DNA from: an uncultured Candidatus Saccharibacteria bacterium
GTDB lineage: Bacteria > Patescibacteriota > UBA1384 > 2-12-FULL-50-11
DNA: 64,000 nucleotides
Assembly: GCA_964599405.1 (NCBI GenBank)
Contig: CAZRED010000001.1
Location: forward strand, 75,528 to 139,527
Direction: 5' to 3'
Each line of letters opens with the position of its first letter. Position 1 is the first letter of the stretch. This document shows positions 54,837 to 64,000 of this stretch, piece by piece. The notes below the pieces were generated by a model. The model saw only the letters and a program-made list of their open reading frames with translations. It had not been told where the DNA came from and ran no database searches. The position numbers and the translations under genes are program-made.

Positions 54837-57044
54837 GTGATTAATCGGCCGGACACGCCGCGACCTTGGCGTAACTTGCTCTCCAACGGCCAGTACACCG
54901 CCACCATTAGTCAGACCGGGTCGGGAACGGCCACCGATCAACGGGGAAGTTTTGCCACGCTACTGCGCGGCGACAGCACCAAAGCCGCTGACGCACTACC
55001 CGGACGAATTATCTACATATTTGACAACGACTCCGGCGAGTTTTGGAGCGTCGGTCACTTTCCCGGCGAAAAAACCTACCAGTCTTTCCAGGCCGTCCAT
55101 GGCCTGGGTTACACAACAATCTCTTCCGGCGCCCAAGACATTGACACGGCTGTGACATTTTTCGTTCCGCCGGATGATGCCTGTGAAATTTGGCAGCTAA
55201 AAATTAACAACACCAAAAAGAAAAAGCGCCGGTTAAGTATTTTTCTAGTGGCCAACGTCGAAGCCCAACAAAACTGCGACATTCAACTAAAAAATAATAT
55301 TCTTTATGCCAACTCCAAAAGTGTCACTGGTAGTTGCCTCTGCTATTTCGGCCTTAACCACAGCGTTGACAGTTTCGACACCGACCGCGAAGCGTTCTTT
55401 GGCCCGTATGGCAGTTTCGCTGCGCCGCGAGCAGTCACTGACGGCAAATGCTCACGGAGTGTGGCCTTAAGCGACCCGATTATGGTGCTGCAGCGCAATA
55501 TTACCCTTGGGGCCCAGGCAAAAACGGAGTTAACGGCGGTTTTTGGCGGGCTAGAAATAGAAAGTACGGACGGAACTTTTGCTCAAGAGCGCGCCAACGC
55601 CTTGCGAAAAACCCAAACAGTGGTGGAAAAATATACCCGCTCCAACCAAGCCGAACAGTCTTTAGCGGCTGTTAGAACATTTTGGAGTAAACATATAGAA
55701 ACGTCCCAATTCAACTCCCCCGATGAAGCACTGAATGTGTCGCAGAGCATTTGGGCGAAGTATCAGGCGTTTTCGAACTTCCTAACAATTAGTTCGGTGG
55801 AGTACAGCACTGCTTTGGCGAAAAAAATTATTCCCGTTGTTGCCCTTTCACCGACGCTCGCCGCCGAAAAAACCGAGGCGCTATTAGCCCGGCAAGCCAA
55901 AGACGGACGAGTGGTGGAGTGGCTGGATTACCGAAACGGCAACGCACGCCTTAGCGACAACATTACGGCTCCAGCGTGGCTAGGGCTAACAGCCTTAGCG
56001 CTAGTCAATGAAACAGGCGATACCGGTTGGCTACGCCAACAAGTAAGTTTCTTTGACGGCGGCAGCGCTAGTGTGTTGGAGCACGTAATCCGCGCCGCCG
56101 AACATTGCCTGGCTCAAACCGACAGCAATCACCTGGTGGGGGATGACGAGTTAATATCCACCGAAAAAACCAGTTTAGTTGCTCTGTTTCTGAAGGAGCT
56201 GCTGCCAATCCTCGAGCACGAACACGACCATCATGCTGTCCGAAAGTACCAGTTGGCCTACGAAAAAATCAAAGAATCCGCCAGTCGGCGGCTGTGGGAT
56301 GGCGGGTATTACCTGGCTGGACGCAACGGCAAGAAAATTGGTTCAGCCAAAAACCCTCACCGAAAAATTGATTTAGCGGCGCAGGTTTGGCCGGTGCTGG
56401 CCGGGTTAGCACACACCGACCGGGCCGAAAAAGCCCTGAATGCCGCTTGGCGAACACTTCGTAGTGGCAACGGCTTGGCTAATTTCAGTGCCGCCTACAC
56501 CGGCCTGATTGCCGAGGCGCCAGAAAGTTTGTTTGCCCCCGGTGAAAAAACCAACGGCGGCATCAGCTTGGAGTTAGCAGCATTGGCGGCAACGGCCGAA
56601 GCGAAGCTGGGCCGCGGCGAACTGGTTTATCAAATCTTCCAAGATCATCACTTTGCTTACCGCTCTGCCAATCAAGCAAAATATAAAATTGAGCCGTTTG
56701 TTTACCCCGAGTACATTTTCGGACCGGATAGCCCACACTTTGGTGAGGGCGACTTTGGTTGGGGAACAGCTGGCGGCTGGCAGTGGCGAGCGGTTAACGA
56801 GGCAATGCTTGGCATTAAACCCATGCTCAATGGATTACGAATTGACCCATGCCTACCCCGCGATTGGCGCCAAGCAGAAATCAGCCGACAATTCCGCGGT
56901 GCCGATTACCACATCCGCATTTTGAACCCAACTAGGCAAAGTAAAGGAGTCGACCGAGTTGTGGTAGACGGTATCCGCCAAACCGGCAACGTTGTCCCCG
57001 CCTTCAAAACCGGCGTTCACTATATAGAAGTGTTTTTGGGCTAA
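54837..57044 (+). CDS. GH94/GH65-like glycoside phosphorylase (alpha/alpha barrel)
   Basis: 735 aa. N-terminal beta-sandwich plus (a/a)6 architecture inferred from length and sequence character; true start may be downstream. Confidence 0.5.
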   Translation: MINRPDTPRPWRNLLSNGQYTATISQTGSGTATDQRGSFATLLRGDSTKAADALPGRIIYIFDNDSGEFWSVGHFPGEKTYQSFQAVHGLGYTTISSGAQDIDTAVTFFVPPDDACEIWQLKINNTKKKKRRLSIFLVANVEAQQNCDIQLKNNILYANSKSVTGSCLCYFGLNHSVDSFDTDREAFFGPYGSFAAPRAVTDGKCSRSVALSDPIMVLQRNITLGAQAKTELTAVFGGLEIESTDGTFAQERANALRKTQTVVEKYTRSNQAEQSLAAVRTFWSKHIETSQFNSPDEALNVSQSIWAKYQAFSNFLTISSVEYSTALAKKIIPVVALSPTLAAEKTEALLARQAKDGRVVEWLDYRNGNARLSDNITAPAWLGLTALALVNETGDTGWLRQQVSFFDGGSASVLEHVIRAAEHCLAQTDSNHLVGDDELISTEKTSLVALFLKELLPILEHEHDHHAVRKYQLAYEKIKESASRRLWDGGYYLAGRNGKKIGSAKNPHRKIDLAAQVWPVLAGLAHTDRAEKALNAAWRTLRSGNGLANFSAAYTGLIAEAPESLFAPGEKTNGGISLELAALAATAEAKLGRGELVYQIFQDHHFAYRSANQAKYKIEPFVYPEYIFGPDSPHFGEGDFGWGTAGGWQWRAVNEAMLGIKPMLNGLRIDPCLPRDWRQAEISRQFRGADYHIRILNPTRQSKGVDRVVVDGIRQTGNVVPAFKTGVHYIEVFLG

Positions 57045-57106
57045 TTACCGTTGATTTTTGAATCAGTCTGCAGTATAATTTGCCCAACGAACCTTGGAGA
57101 ACGAAT

Positions 57107-57304
57107 ATGGCAGGAAGTGCATCCCCACACACAATGCTGGAGATTAAGATGTCTTGGCTTAACCGCTGTACGTCCCTTGAGGAGCAACAGGAGAAAGCAA
57201 AAGAAATCCTCAATTGGATGGACGGCTGGAGTCCGGGACATTTCGCCGACGGCACTGGCCGTGAACCCCATCGCGAGCAACTAACTCAGTTACTCAACGC
57301 TTAG
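57107..57304 (+). CDS. small hypothetical protein
   Basis: MAGSASPHTMLEIKMSWLNRC...; terminator follows. Confidence 0.3.
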   Translation: MAGSASPHTMLEIKMSWLNRCTSLEEQQEKAKEILNWMDGWSPGHFADGTGREPHREQLTQLLNA

Positions 57305-57329
57305 CTTTTACCTCCTCCTCCCACACACG

Positions 57330-57368
57330 AAGGCCCCCACCGCGCAAGCGGATCGGGGGCCCTTTTAT
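57330..57368 (+). terminator. rho-independent terminator
   Basis: GGCCCCC...GGGGGCC then CTTTTATT. Confidence 0.75.
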
Positions 57369-57375
57369 TACTTAA

Positions 57376-57537
57376 AATAATTCCGAGAGATCAATCTGTA
57401 CTTCGGCGGTTGACGGTTCGCTGATTGGAGCCGTCCCCTCAAGCTGGAAAAGATGCCAATAAGACAGCCCGGCAACTAGGCTAAAGAAAATGATGGTGTA
57501 GACTAGGGCGGTGCGATGCTGGCGTTCTTCACTCATC
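57376..57537 (-). CDS. small membrane protein (54 aa), unannotated in ORF track
   Basis: Manual translation MSEERQHRTALVYTIIFFSLVAGLSYWHLFQLEG... Confidence 0.3.
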
Positions 57538-57611
57538 ACTTATATAGTAAGCGCTAAACCGCTTACTTAACAACCTGTTCATACAGCTTGCTATTGTAGC
57601 AGGCCAACCTC

Positions 57612-59597
57612 ATGAAATTGACTGATTCGATTACGACATTGTCTGGCGTGGGGGAACAAACAGCGCAGAGCTTGCGTCGTTTGGGTGTGGAAACGGTTCA
57701 AGACCTGCTGTTTTACCTGCCTTTTCGCTTTGAAGACCGAAGCCAGGTGGTAAGTATCGCTGGCTTGCGGGTAGGCGAAGAAGCGGTAATTGCCGGGGAA
57801 ATCGGTAAAGTCCACGGCCGTCGGACTAAACGCGGCGGTTTTTTGGTTGACGCCAGGATTACCGACAAGACTGGCACCATTCCCGCAATTTGGTTTAATC
57901 AGCGGTTTCTACTATCGCAGCTGAAAACTGGGGAACAAATTATGTTGTTTGGCACCAAAAAACTAGCACCAACTATTGGCAATCCTTTTGTGGTTAAACA
58001 AATTATTACCGAAGCCGAAATTGCCCCAATCTACCCAACTACCAAAGGCTTGCGACAAGGAGTACTCCGAAAGTTAATTCGCCAAGTACTGCCGCTCTGC
58101 CCAACCTTGCCCGACTTACTGCCAAAACCACTGCAAAAGACTTTTGACGTTTCGACGCGCCGAGAGGCGCTTGCCAATATCCATGCCCCGTCCGAACTAG
58201 CGGCGTTGGAGGGTGCTCGAAAACTACTGGCGGTGGAGGAATTACTAGGTCTGGCCCTGTCGGTGCTAGAAAGTAAGCGTTTGCGTCAAAACGAACGAGC
58301 CGAAAAAATGATTGCCGATACCGACTTTTTGAAACGCTTCGTCGCCGGCTTACCGTTTGCTTTAACGACCGGGCAACGGAAAACTGCTTGGGAAATTATT
58401 CAGGGGATGACGCAAGGTTATCCGGCCAACCGTCTGCTCTACGGCGAAGTGGGGGCCGGGAAAACCATCGTTGCCCTGTTGGCGGCGGTGGCAGCGGTCC
58501 GATCCGGCAAGCGAGCAATCTTTTTGGTGCCGACAGTGACTTTGGCCGAACAGCAAGCCGAGCGAATTCGCCAATTTGTGGGTAGTCAATTTTCTGTCAG
58601 CTTAATTACCGGTACGGAAAAAGACCGTAGCGACAACGATATTATTATCGGCACCCATGCCCTACTCAATCGCGCCGACTCGTTTACTAACGTTGGCCTC
58701 ATTGTGATTGACGAGCAGCAACGTTTTGGGGTGCGCCAACGCCAAAAACTGCTGACCCACCACCCGGAAGCCCATTTGCTAATGACCACAGCCACGCCGA
58801 TTCCCCGTTCGCTCGCCCAAACACTCTTTGGTCATCTGGAAATCAGTTATTTACTGGACAAACCGGCTCATCAACAAAAAATTACCACCAAACGTTTTCA
58901 AGTGGATGAGCGAGCCAGTGTGATAACTGATGTTCGGCAACGGATTGCCGCCGGCGAGCCAGGCTATGTAATCTGTCCCGCCATTATTGAACAAGAGGCG
59001 GCCGTAACGTTGTTTGGTGATGAAAAAAAATCCGTTTCTCAAGAGGTCAAGCGGCTGCAAAAAGAGCTACCGAATGCGCGGATTGCTGCTATGCACGGCC
59101 AGCTAAAAGACGACCAGAAACAGCGGGTGATGGCGGACTTTGCCAATGGAGAATTGGACGTGTTAGTCGCCACGACCGTGGTGGAAGTGGGAATTGATAA
59201 CCAACAGGCTAGTTGGATTATCATCGAAAACGCCGAGATGTTTGGCTTAAGCAGCTTGCATCAGTTGCGCGGCCGGGTGGGCCGCGGCGAGCGGGCATCA
59301 GTTTGTTTCTTGGCCGAGCCATCGAATAACGATTTGGCGGCGAAACGTCTGAAAGCGCTAGAGCATTCCGACGATGGCTTGGCCTTGTCGGAGTTGGATT
59401 TAACGCTGCGCGGACCGGGCGAAGTGCTAGGGAGCGAGCAGAGCGGCTTGCCGGATTTGCACTACGCCGACCTGTCCGATAAAGAGCTAATTGCCAAAGT
59501 GTTTAAAGAAGCGCAAAAAATAGTTAACGATGGAATTGAAAAATACCCGTCATTAAAAAGCTTAATCAAAAACGTTGATGGACTGGCAGCGAGCTGA
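57612..59597 (+). CDS. recG: ATP-dependent DNA helicase RecG
   Basis: Wedge domain; helicase motifs GEVGAGKT, DEQQRFG, QLRGRVGRG; 661 aa. Confidence 0.9.
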   Translation: MKLTDSITTLSGVGEQTAQSLRRLGVETVQDLLFYLPFRFEDRSQVVSIAGLRVGEEAVIAGEIGKVHGRRTKRGGFLVDARITDKTGTIPAIWFNQRFLLSQLKTGEQIMLFGTKKLAPTIGNPFVVKQIITEAEIAPIYPTTKGLRQGVLRKLIRQVLPLCPTLPDLLPKPLQKTFDVSTRREALANIHAPSELAALEGARKLLAVEELLGLALSVLESKRLRQNERAEKMIADTDFLKRFVAGLPFALTTGQRKTAWEIIQGMTQGYPANRLLYGEVGAGKTIVALLAAVAAVRSGKRAIFLVPTVTLAEQQAERIRQFVGSQFSVSLITGTEKDRSDNDIIIGTHALLNRADSFTNVGLIVIDEQQRFGVRQRQKLLTHHPEAHLLMTTATPIPRSLAQTLFGHLEISYLLDKPAHQQKITTKRFQVDERASVITDVRQRIAAGEPGYVICPAIIEQEAAVTLFGDEKKSVSQEVKRLQKELPNARIAAMHGQLKDDQKQRVMADFANGELDVLVATTVVEVGIDNQQASWIIIENAEMFGLSSLHQLRGRVGRGERASVCFLAEPSNNDLAAKRLKALEHSDDGLALSELDLTLRGPGEVLGSEQSGLPDLHYADLSDKELIAKVFKEAQKIVNDGIEKYPSLKSLIKNVDGLAAS

Positions 59598-60018
59598 TCA
59601 GATTATCACGACCCACCTAGGATCGGTGCTGGTAGTGGTGTTGGTAGCGGTCAGCGGCTTTGTGCTGGGTAGCCAGTATAAAACTTCCGCCACTGAGGTG
59701 GCGGAAGAAAGTACAGAAATATCTGCCAGTGCCGAATCATCAACCATACAGGAACTACAGCAGCTGATTGCTGACCCTACAAGCCAGACCACTGTCTCCA
59801 GCGAAACGACCAGCCCGGTGATTGCTGGACTGGTCAACATTAACTCCGCGAGCCTTGCTCAATTAGAAACTTTACCAGGCATCGGTCCGAGCAAAGCCCA
59901 GGCAATTATTGAATACCGCCTGAAGAACGGGCCGTTTATTCGAGTGGAGGATCTCGACAAAGTTAGCGGCATCGGGCCAAAGACCTTGGAAGATTTACGA
60001 CCGTTAATTACGCTGTAA
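59575..60018 (+). CDS. comEA: competence protein ComEA (HhH DNA-binding)
   Basis: VNINSASLAQLETLPGIGPSKAQAIIEYR. Confidence 0.75.
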   Translation: MMDWQRADQIITTHLGSVLVVVLVAVSGFVLGSQYKTSATEVAEESTEISASAESSTIQELQQLIADPTSQTTVSSETTSPVIAGLVNINSASLAQLETLPGIGPSKAQAIIEYRLKNGPFIRVEDLDKVSGIGPKTLEDLRPLITL

Positions 60019-60060
60019 CCCTGTAAAATTCGCTATTTTTTTGATAAAATTACATCTATC

Positions 60061-60110
60061 GCCGGGGTGGAGAAATCTTCCGCAAGGTCGATTCTTCCCC
60101 CAGCAGTCCC
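60061..60110 (+). other. deletion-type pseudo-tRNA fragment related to adjacent tRNA-Leu(UAG)
   Basis: GCCGGGGTGGAGAAAT (15/16 match to the tRNA 5' end) ...TCCGCAAGG... ...TTCTTCCCCCAGCA resemble the variable-arm and 3' acceptor portions; D and anticodon arms missing. Confidence 0.4.
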
Positions 60111-60111
60111 T

Positions 60112-60194
60112 GCCGGGGTGGCGAAATGGTAGACGCGCTAGGTTTAGGACCTAGTGTCCGTAAGGATGTGGAGGTTCGAGTCCTCTTCCCGGCA
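60112..60194 (+). tRNA. tRNA-Leu(UAG)
   Basis: Acceptor GCCGGGG/TCCCGGC, anticodon loop TTTAGGA, long variable arm, GGTTCGAGTCC. Confidence 0.8.
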
Positions 60195-60273
60195 CAACTG
60201 AAAATATACTCGTAAACCCTTGAAAAATGTGCCAATATATGGTAGTATTCGCAGACTCTTCGGAGGTTAACAT

Positions 60274-60660
60274 ATGGGTGCATTCATCGACGGTGGCCAA
60301 GTAGGCACACAGCGCGTCAGCGCTGAAAACGTCAGAAGGTTCTCTGAACTGACTGGCGACCACAACCCAATCCACGAGGGTGATCATGCAATCGTTCACG
60401 GCGTTTTGATCCTTGGAGTAATCTCCGCCGCAGTCTGGCGAATGCTAGGCGACGGAGTAATTGCTAAGGGGATTGAGAGCCTTTCTCTTGAACGACCGGT
60501 TCACCCAGACGAGGATTTCAACGTCTTCGTTGGTAACCCCGAGCCAATTCCTGGCTCGAAATACGGCGAACAGCGGGCAAAAATACGCGTCTATAAGATG
60601 TGTAATGGCCGAGAGAAAGTTATTGCCCACGGAACAATCATCGTCATCGTGCCAAACTAG
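60274..60660 (+). CDS. MaoC-like hotdog-fold dehydratase
   Basis: LTGDHNPIHEG...; 128 aa. Confidence 0.55.
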   Translation: MGAFIDGGQVGTQRVSAENVRRFSELTGDHNPIHEGDHAIVHGVLILGVISAAVWRMLGDGVIAKGIESLSLERPVHPDEDFNVFVGNPEPIPGSKYGEQRAKIRVYKMCNGREKVIAHGTIIVIVPN

Positions 60661-60737
60661 ACTCTTCGAGCGCCACAAGGTTTTCAACCCTATGGCGCTT
60701 TTTCTTACTCAAAAAATCAGGTAAAATACTCGAGTAA

Positions 60738-60809
60738 GCCGAAGTAGCTCAGTGGTAGAGCACGCCCCTGAAGAGGGTGGTGTCGTCAGTTCGATTCTGA
60801 CCTTCGGCA
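60738..60809 (+). tRNA. tRNA-Phe(GAA)
   Basis: GCCGAAGTAGCTCAGTGGTAGAGC...CTGAAGA...GTTCGATTC...CTTCGGCA. Confidence 0.8.
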
Positions 60810-60822
60810 CACAAACACAACC

Positions 60823-61320
60823 ATGAAAGATTTCTTCACTTCCCGCTTTCAAACCATTTCAAATTATTTGGCAACGCAGAGTTTTTCGCTGCGGGACTTC
60901 GGCAACGTTTTTTCGTGGGATTTTTGGACGGAATCGAGCATTGAACCAATCAGTGATTACACCGCGGCTCTGTTAATTTTGGTAATTATGCTAATTGTCG
61001 GATTGGTAATCTGGCGAAAAATTCTGAAAAAACGCCAAGCCGAAACACCAATTTACGACTGGCCGATTAACCAGCTGGCCAATATTGTCGCGTTTCTAGT
61101 AATAATGACACCCAGTTACTGGTTTTTCCGCAGCCAACAACTGGCTTACCTATCGAGTCGGTTAGTCGTCCTGATTACCCTTATTGTCACGATTGGTTGG
61201 TTGGGTTGGGTGGTGTTCCATATGGTTCGCCAGTTACCAGCCAAACGAGTTGCCTATCTTGAAAAAGAACGGTTTTTCAGGTATCTTCCAAAGAGTAAGA
61301 AAGCGAGAAATAACCCCTAA
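60823..61320 (+). CDS. integral membrane protein
   Basis: 165 aa, 4 TM helices. Confidence 0.5.
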   Translation: MKDFFTSRFQTISNYLATQSFSLRDFGNVFSWDFWTESSIEPISDYTAALLILVIMLIVGLVIWRKILKKRQAETPIYDWPINQLANIVAFLVIMTPSYWFFRSQQLAYLSSRLVVLITLIVTIGWLGWVVFHMVRQLPAKRVAYLEKERFFRYLPKSKKARNNP

Positions 61321-62435
61321 TGCCAAAAGCAGCCACCCTAAAATCCCCGACCACTATACCCGACGTCAAGCCTCGGGGTAGTGGCAGTAACCCTACCACT
61401 ATGGAAGAGCTCGTCGAATTGATGGGCGATAAACTCGTCCCGTTCATTCAGGGCGATGTTCTGGATGTGACTGTCATTAGCTCATCGAAAGAAAACATTG
61501 TTGCTGATGTCGCTGGTGTGGCCACCGGCATTATTCCGGAGAAAGAGTTCTCCGCCACTGCTACTCGCTTGAAAGCCGGCGACGTAATTCGCGCCTACGT
61601 AATTTCCGCTGAAAACCAAAACGGCTATGTGATTTTGTCGCTAAAGCGCGCCGAAAAAGAGCGGCTTTGGAACATGTTAGAACAGCGCAACACCGCCGGC
61701 GAAACTATCGCAGTCAAAGTGATTCAAGCCAACCGTGGCGGACTAGTGGCCGAGTACGGCAACATGCAAGGCTTTATCCCCGTTTCCCAACTGTCGTTCC
61801 GCCACTACCCACGCGTTGACGGCGACCGCTCGAAAATTCAACAGAAACTCTCTGAGTTAATCGGCGAATCGCTGCAAGTGAAAATTATTAATTACGACAA
61901 AAACAACAATAAAATTGTCTTCTCCGAAAAGGCTGCCGGCGACGAGATGCTGGAAGAGAAAGCTAAAACTTACGAAATTGGCCAAAAAGTGACCGGCCGC
62001 ATCACCGGTATCGTTGATTTTGGTTTATTTGTAAATCTCGGCGATATTGAGGGGCTGATTCACATCTCCCAAGTTTCTTGGCAGCGAATCAACAATTTGA
62101 AAGACCATTTCAAAGTCGGCCAGGAAGTGGAAGCGGAAGTCGTTAACGTTGATGGCGGCCGCATTTCCCTTTCCATTAAGAAACTCCAGCCAGATCCATG
62201 GCAAATTGAAGTGAAAACTTTGGAAGTTGGCGGCAAAGTGAAGGGCGAAGTAACGAAAGTTACTCCCTACGGCGCCTTTGTTCGAATCTCCGACAACCTC
62301 GAGGGCTTGTTCCACGTCAGCCAAATGGGCGAGAACGCCAAGCCAGAAGAAGTGGTTGAGGAAAACAAGAAGTACAGCTTCGAAATTATCTCGATCGAGC
62401 CAGAACTGCGCAAAATCTCTTTGAAACTCGCCTAA
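61320..62435 (+). CDS. rpsA: 30S ribosomal protein S1 (four S1 domains, compact)
   Basis: Repeated GxV...G(A/L)FV...G(L/I)xH(I/V)S S1 motifs. Confidence 0.75.
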   Translation: MPKAATLKSPTTIPDVKPRGSGSNPTTMEELVELMGDKLVPFIQGDVLDVTVISSSKENIVADVAGVATGIIPEKEFSATATRLKAGDVIRAYVISAENQNGYVILSLKRAEKERLWNMLEQRNTAGETIAVKVIQANRGGLVAEYGNMQGFIPVSQLSFRHYPRVDGDRSKIQQKLSELIGESLQVKIINYDKNNNKIVFSEKAAGDEMLEEKAKTYEIGQKVTGRITGIVDFGLFVNLGDIEGLIHISQVSWQRINNLKDHFKVGQEVEAEVVNVDGGRISLSIKKLQPDPWQIEVKTLEVGGKVKGEVTKVTPYGAFVRISDNLEGLFHVSQMGENAKPEEVVEENKKYSFEIISIEPELRKISLKLA

Positions 62436-62436
62436 T

Positions 62437-62904
62437 ATGCTACAGCTAAAGCGTTCCAAGTCCGGCGCTTACGAGCTATCGGATAAAAAGCAGGCCATTG
62501 AATTAGCTGGCCCAGAGATTAAACTTGCCGCCACGACCGTTAACACGCCGGGTGAATACGAACAGGGCGGTCTGGAAATTGTCTACGCTACCAACGCCGC
62601 GCTGCTGGTTTGGGATCATTTGCAGATCTGCTACCTTTTTTCGCTGACTAGCCCGGACAGTTTTGAAAAAAACCAGCTGTCATCAGCTGATATTATTTTA
62701 CTAAGCGACCAGATTGCCAAATGCAGCAAAGAACAGTTAACCGAGCTAATTGGTACCTACGATCCCCGTTCGGTAATCATTAGTAGCAAAACCGAATTGG
62801 ATGCGGGCTATCGCGAAAATATCAAACCAATCGAACAAACACCGATTAAGTTGGCAGAAAACACATTACCAATGGAGGGGCGGGATTTCTTTATCCTGCC
62901 ATGA
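62437..62904 (+). CDS. hypothetical protein
   Basis: 155 aa, coupled to rpsA and nrnA. Confidence 0.45.
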   Translation: MLQLKRSKSGAYELSDKKQAIELAGPEIKLAATTVNTPGEYEQGGLEIVYATNAALLVWDHLQICYLFSLTSPDSFEKNQLSSADIILLSDQIAKCSKEQLTELIGTYDPRSVIISSKTELDAGYRENIKPIEQTPIKLAENTLPMEGRDFFILP

Positions 62905-63830
62905 CGCCGCTAGCGAAGATTGCTTCGCTACTTGAAAACGCCGGTTCAATTACTTTTGTGCTCCACCAAAAACCGGACGGTGATGCCATTGGTAGCGCCG
63001 CGGCACTATGTAGCGCTCTGTCAGAAAAAACGGTTTCCGTAGTTTCGGTAGATACCGTACCGGAAGTTTTTTTGCGCTCCGCCCGGCTTCCAAACACCAC
63101 GACACGCATCGATAAAGAACCGGATTTGGTAGTGGTGTTGGACTGTAGCGAGCTCCATCGCACCGGCATTAAAGAGCAGCTGAAAAAAATTAACCGCCAT
63201 AAAATTGTTGTGCTGGATCATCACGACGGAGGCGACTTGCCACATCTAGCTGGTCATTGCCACATTGACAATCGTTATAGCGCCACCGGGGAGATTGTGG
63301 AGCTACTGCTCAAAGAAATGCGCCGGCCCATCACCGGTCCGATTGCTGACGCACTAGTGCTAGCGCTGTACTGCGACACTGGCGGCTTCACCCACCCCAA
63401 TACTTCCAAAGAGGTGTTAACCACCGTTAGCCGGTTGATTCGCTACGGCGCCAGCATTGAAAAAATTCACCGACTGTTTTTTCAGGAATTTTCACTAGCC
63501 AAACGTAAACTTTGGGGAAAGACTTTGACGGGGTTGGAGATTAATCGTTGGGGAATCGTGCTGGCAACAATTAAAGAAGAGGACCTAGGAAAGGCCGGCG
63601 CTACCGTCCAAGATATTTTAGGGCTGGCTAACGTGATTGCCCTAACTCATGAGGCCCGAGCAGCTTTGGTACTGGTAGAGCAAGCTGATAGCTGGCGGGG
63701 AATACTGCGCACCCGCCATAGTAACGTTGATTTGGGCCGTCTGGCCAGGCTTTTTGGTGGTACCGGTTTTAAAAAAGCCGCTGGTTTTACCGCGACAAAA
63801 CAGTTATTTTCCGGTAAAATTTACAGTTGA
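62901..63830 (+). CDS. nrnA: DHH-family phosphoesterase NrnA-like (oligoribonuclease/pAp phosphatase)
   Basis: VLHQKPDGDAIGSA and VVLDHHDGG DHH motifs. Confidence 0.75.
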   Translation: MTPLAKIASLLENAGSITFVLHQKPDGDAIGSAAALCSALSEKTVSVVSVDTVPEVFLRSARLPNTTTRIDKEPDLVVVLDCSELHRTGIKEQLKKINRHKIVVLDHHDGGDLPHLAGHCHIDNRYSATGEIVELLLKEMRRPITGPIADALVLALYCDTGGFTHPNTSKEVLTTVSRLIRYGASIEKIHRLFFQEFSLAKRKLWGKTLTGLEINRWGIVLATIKEEDLGKAGATVQDILGLANVIALTHEARAALVLVEQADSWRGILRTRHSNVDLGRLARLFGGTGFKKAAGFTATKQLFSGKIYS

Positions 63831-63833
63831 TAC

Positions 63834-63914
63834 GGGCGTGTGGCGGAACGGTATACGCGGCGGACTTAAAATCCGCTGCCGCAAGGCTTGTGGGTTCGAA
63901 TCCCACCTCGCCCA
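63834..63914 (+). tRNA. tRNA-Leu(UAA)
   Basis: Anticodon stem gcgga/tccgc, loop CTTAAAA, long variable arm, GGTTCGAATCC; one acceptor mismatch. Confidence 0.7.
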
Positions 63915-63917
63915 CAA

Positions 63918-63989
63918 GGTCACTTAGCTCAGCGGTAGAGCGTCTCATTTACACTGAGAGGGCCGTAGGTTCGAATCCTACAGTGACCA
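63918..63989 (+). tRNA. tRNA-Val(UAC)
   Basis: GGTCACTTAGCTCAGCGGTAGAGC...TTTACAC...GGTTCGAATCC...AGTGACCA. Confidence 0.8.
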
Positions 63990-64000
63990 CAAAAGATGCC

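Noticed and set aside
54837-54907. 70-bp head-to-head coding overlap of the GalT-like and GH94-like genes
   Set aside because: Caused by over-extended ORF-track starts. GalT begins at the conserved MPQLRQNIITGEW (54706), which removes the overlap.

Overview
This 64 kb window looks like a small-genome, CPR/Patescibacteria-like bacterium. Supporting traits are compact or truncated housekeeping genes, a split ComEC, a DnaJ without a zinc finger and a heliorhodopsin. Overall GC is about 50% by eye.

Core genes present: mltG, ruvX, an ftsA-like gene, alaS, secG, miaA, comM/yifB, trxB, topoisomerase IB, dnaK/grpE/dnaJ, comEC, yebC, ruvC, recG, comEA, rpsA, nrnA, nine tRNAs and a glycan-metabolism cluster (GT4, GT2, GH130, GalT-like, GH94-like, APH-like kinase).

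The main signal is an accessory island of about 16 kb (about 24093-40154) sitting exactly between dnaK and dnaJ. dnaK and dnaJ each carry the same TGTAAAG-N4-CTTTACA palindrome in their promoters.
- Right half of the island (33306-40131): visibly AT-rich. It carries a minus-strand, translationally coupled operon that starts 23 nt after the dnaK stop: HEPN-like/Zn-ribbon protein, small protein, NPPF N6A-MTase, DUF262(DGQQR)+HNH endonuclease (SspE/GmrSD-like), DPPY MTase, and a DGQHR (DndB-like) protein. I propose this as a previously undescribed methylation/ParB-fold defense module.
- Left half of the island: heliorhodopsin, a Phd/Doc toxin-antitoxin pair, a NADAR protein divergent from a SAM-MTase, an MBL hydrolase and an M23-like peptidase. 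These are tied together by a duplicated leaderless promoter cassette (TTGACT-17-TATAWW-6/7 nt-ATG, with an XhoI-centred palindrome) and a recurring TTTTGCCTGTGGAAAAGTC box.
- Between the two halves: five tandem units of about 105 bp (33485-34000), each an AT-rich TATAAAG box plus a hairpin about 50 nt downstream with covarying stems. This is a candidate small-RNA gene array.

Other notable items: tRNA-Lys 3' end direct repeats bracket a GIY-YIG gene; an ORF-free region at 20320-20700 is a candidate structured RNA; a deletion-type pseudo-tRNA fragment lies upstream of tRNA-Leu(UAG); and the palindrome ATATACGTTTAAACATATAT recurs three times, once over the promoter of an XRE regulator.

All calls come from reading the sequence and the ORF translations. 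No database searches were run.
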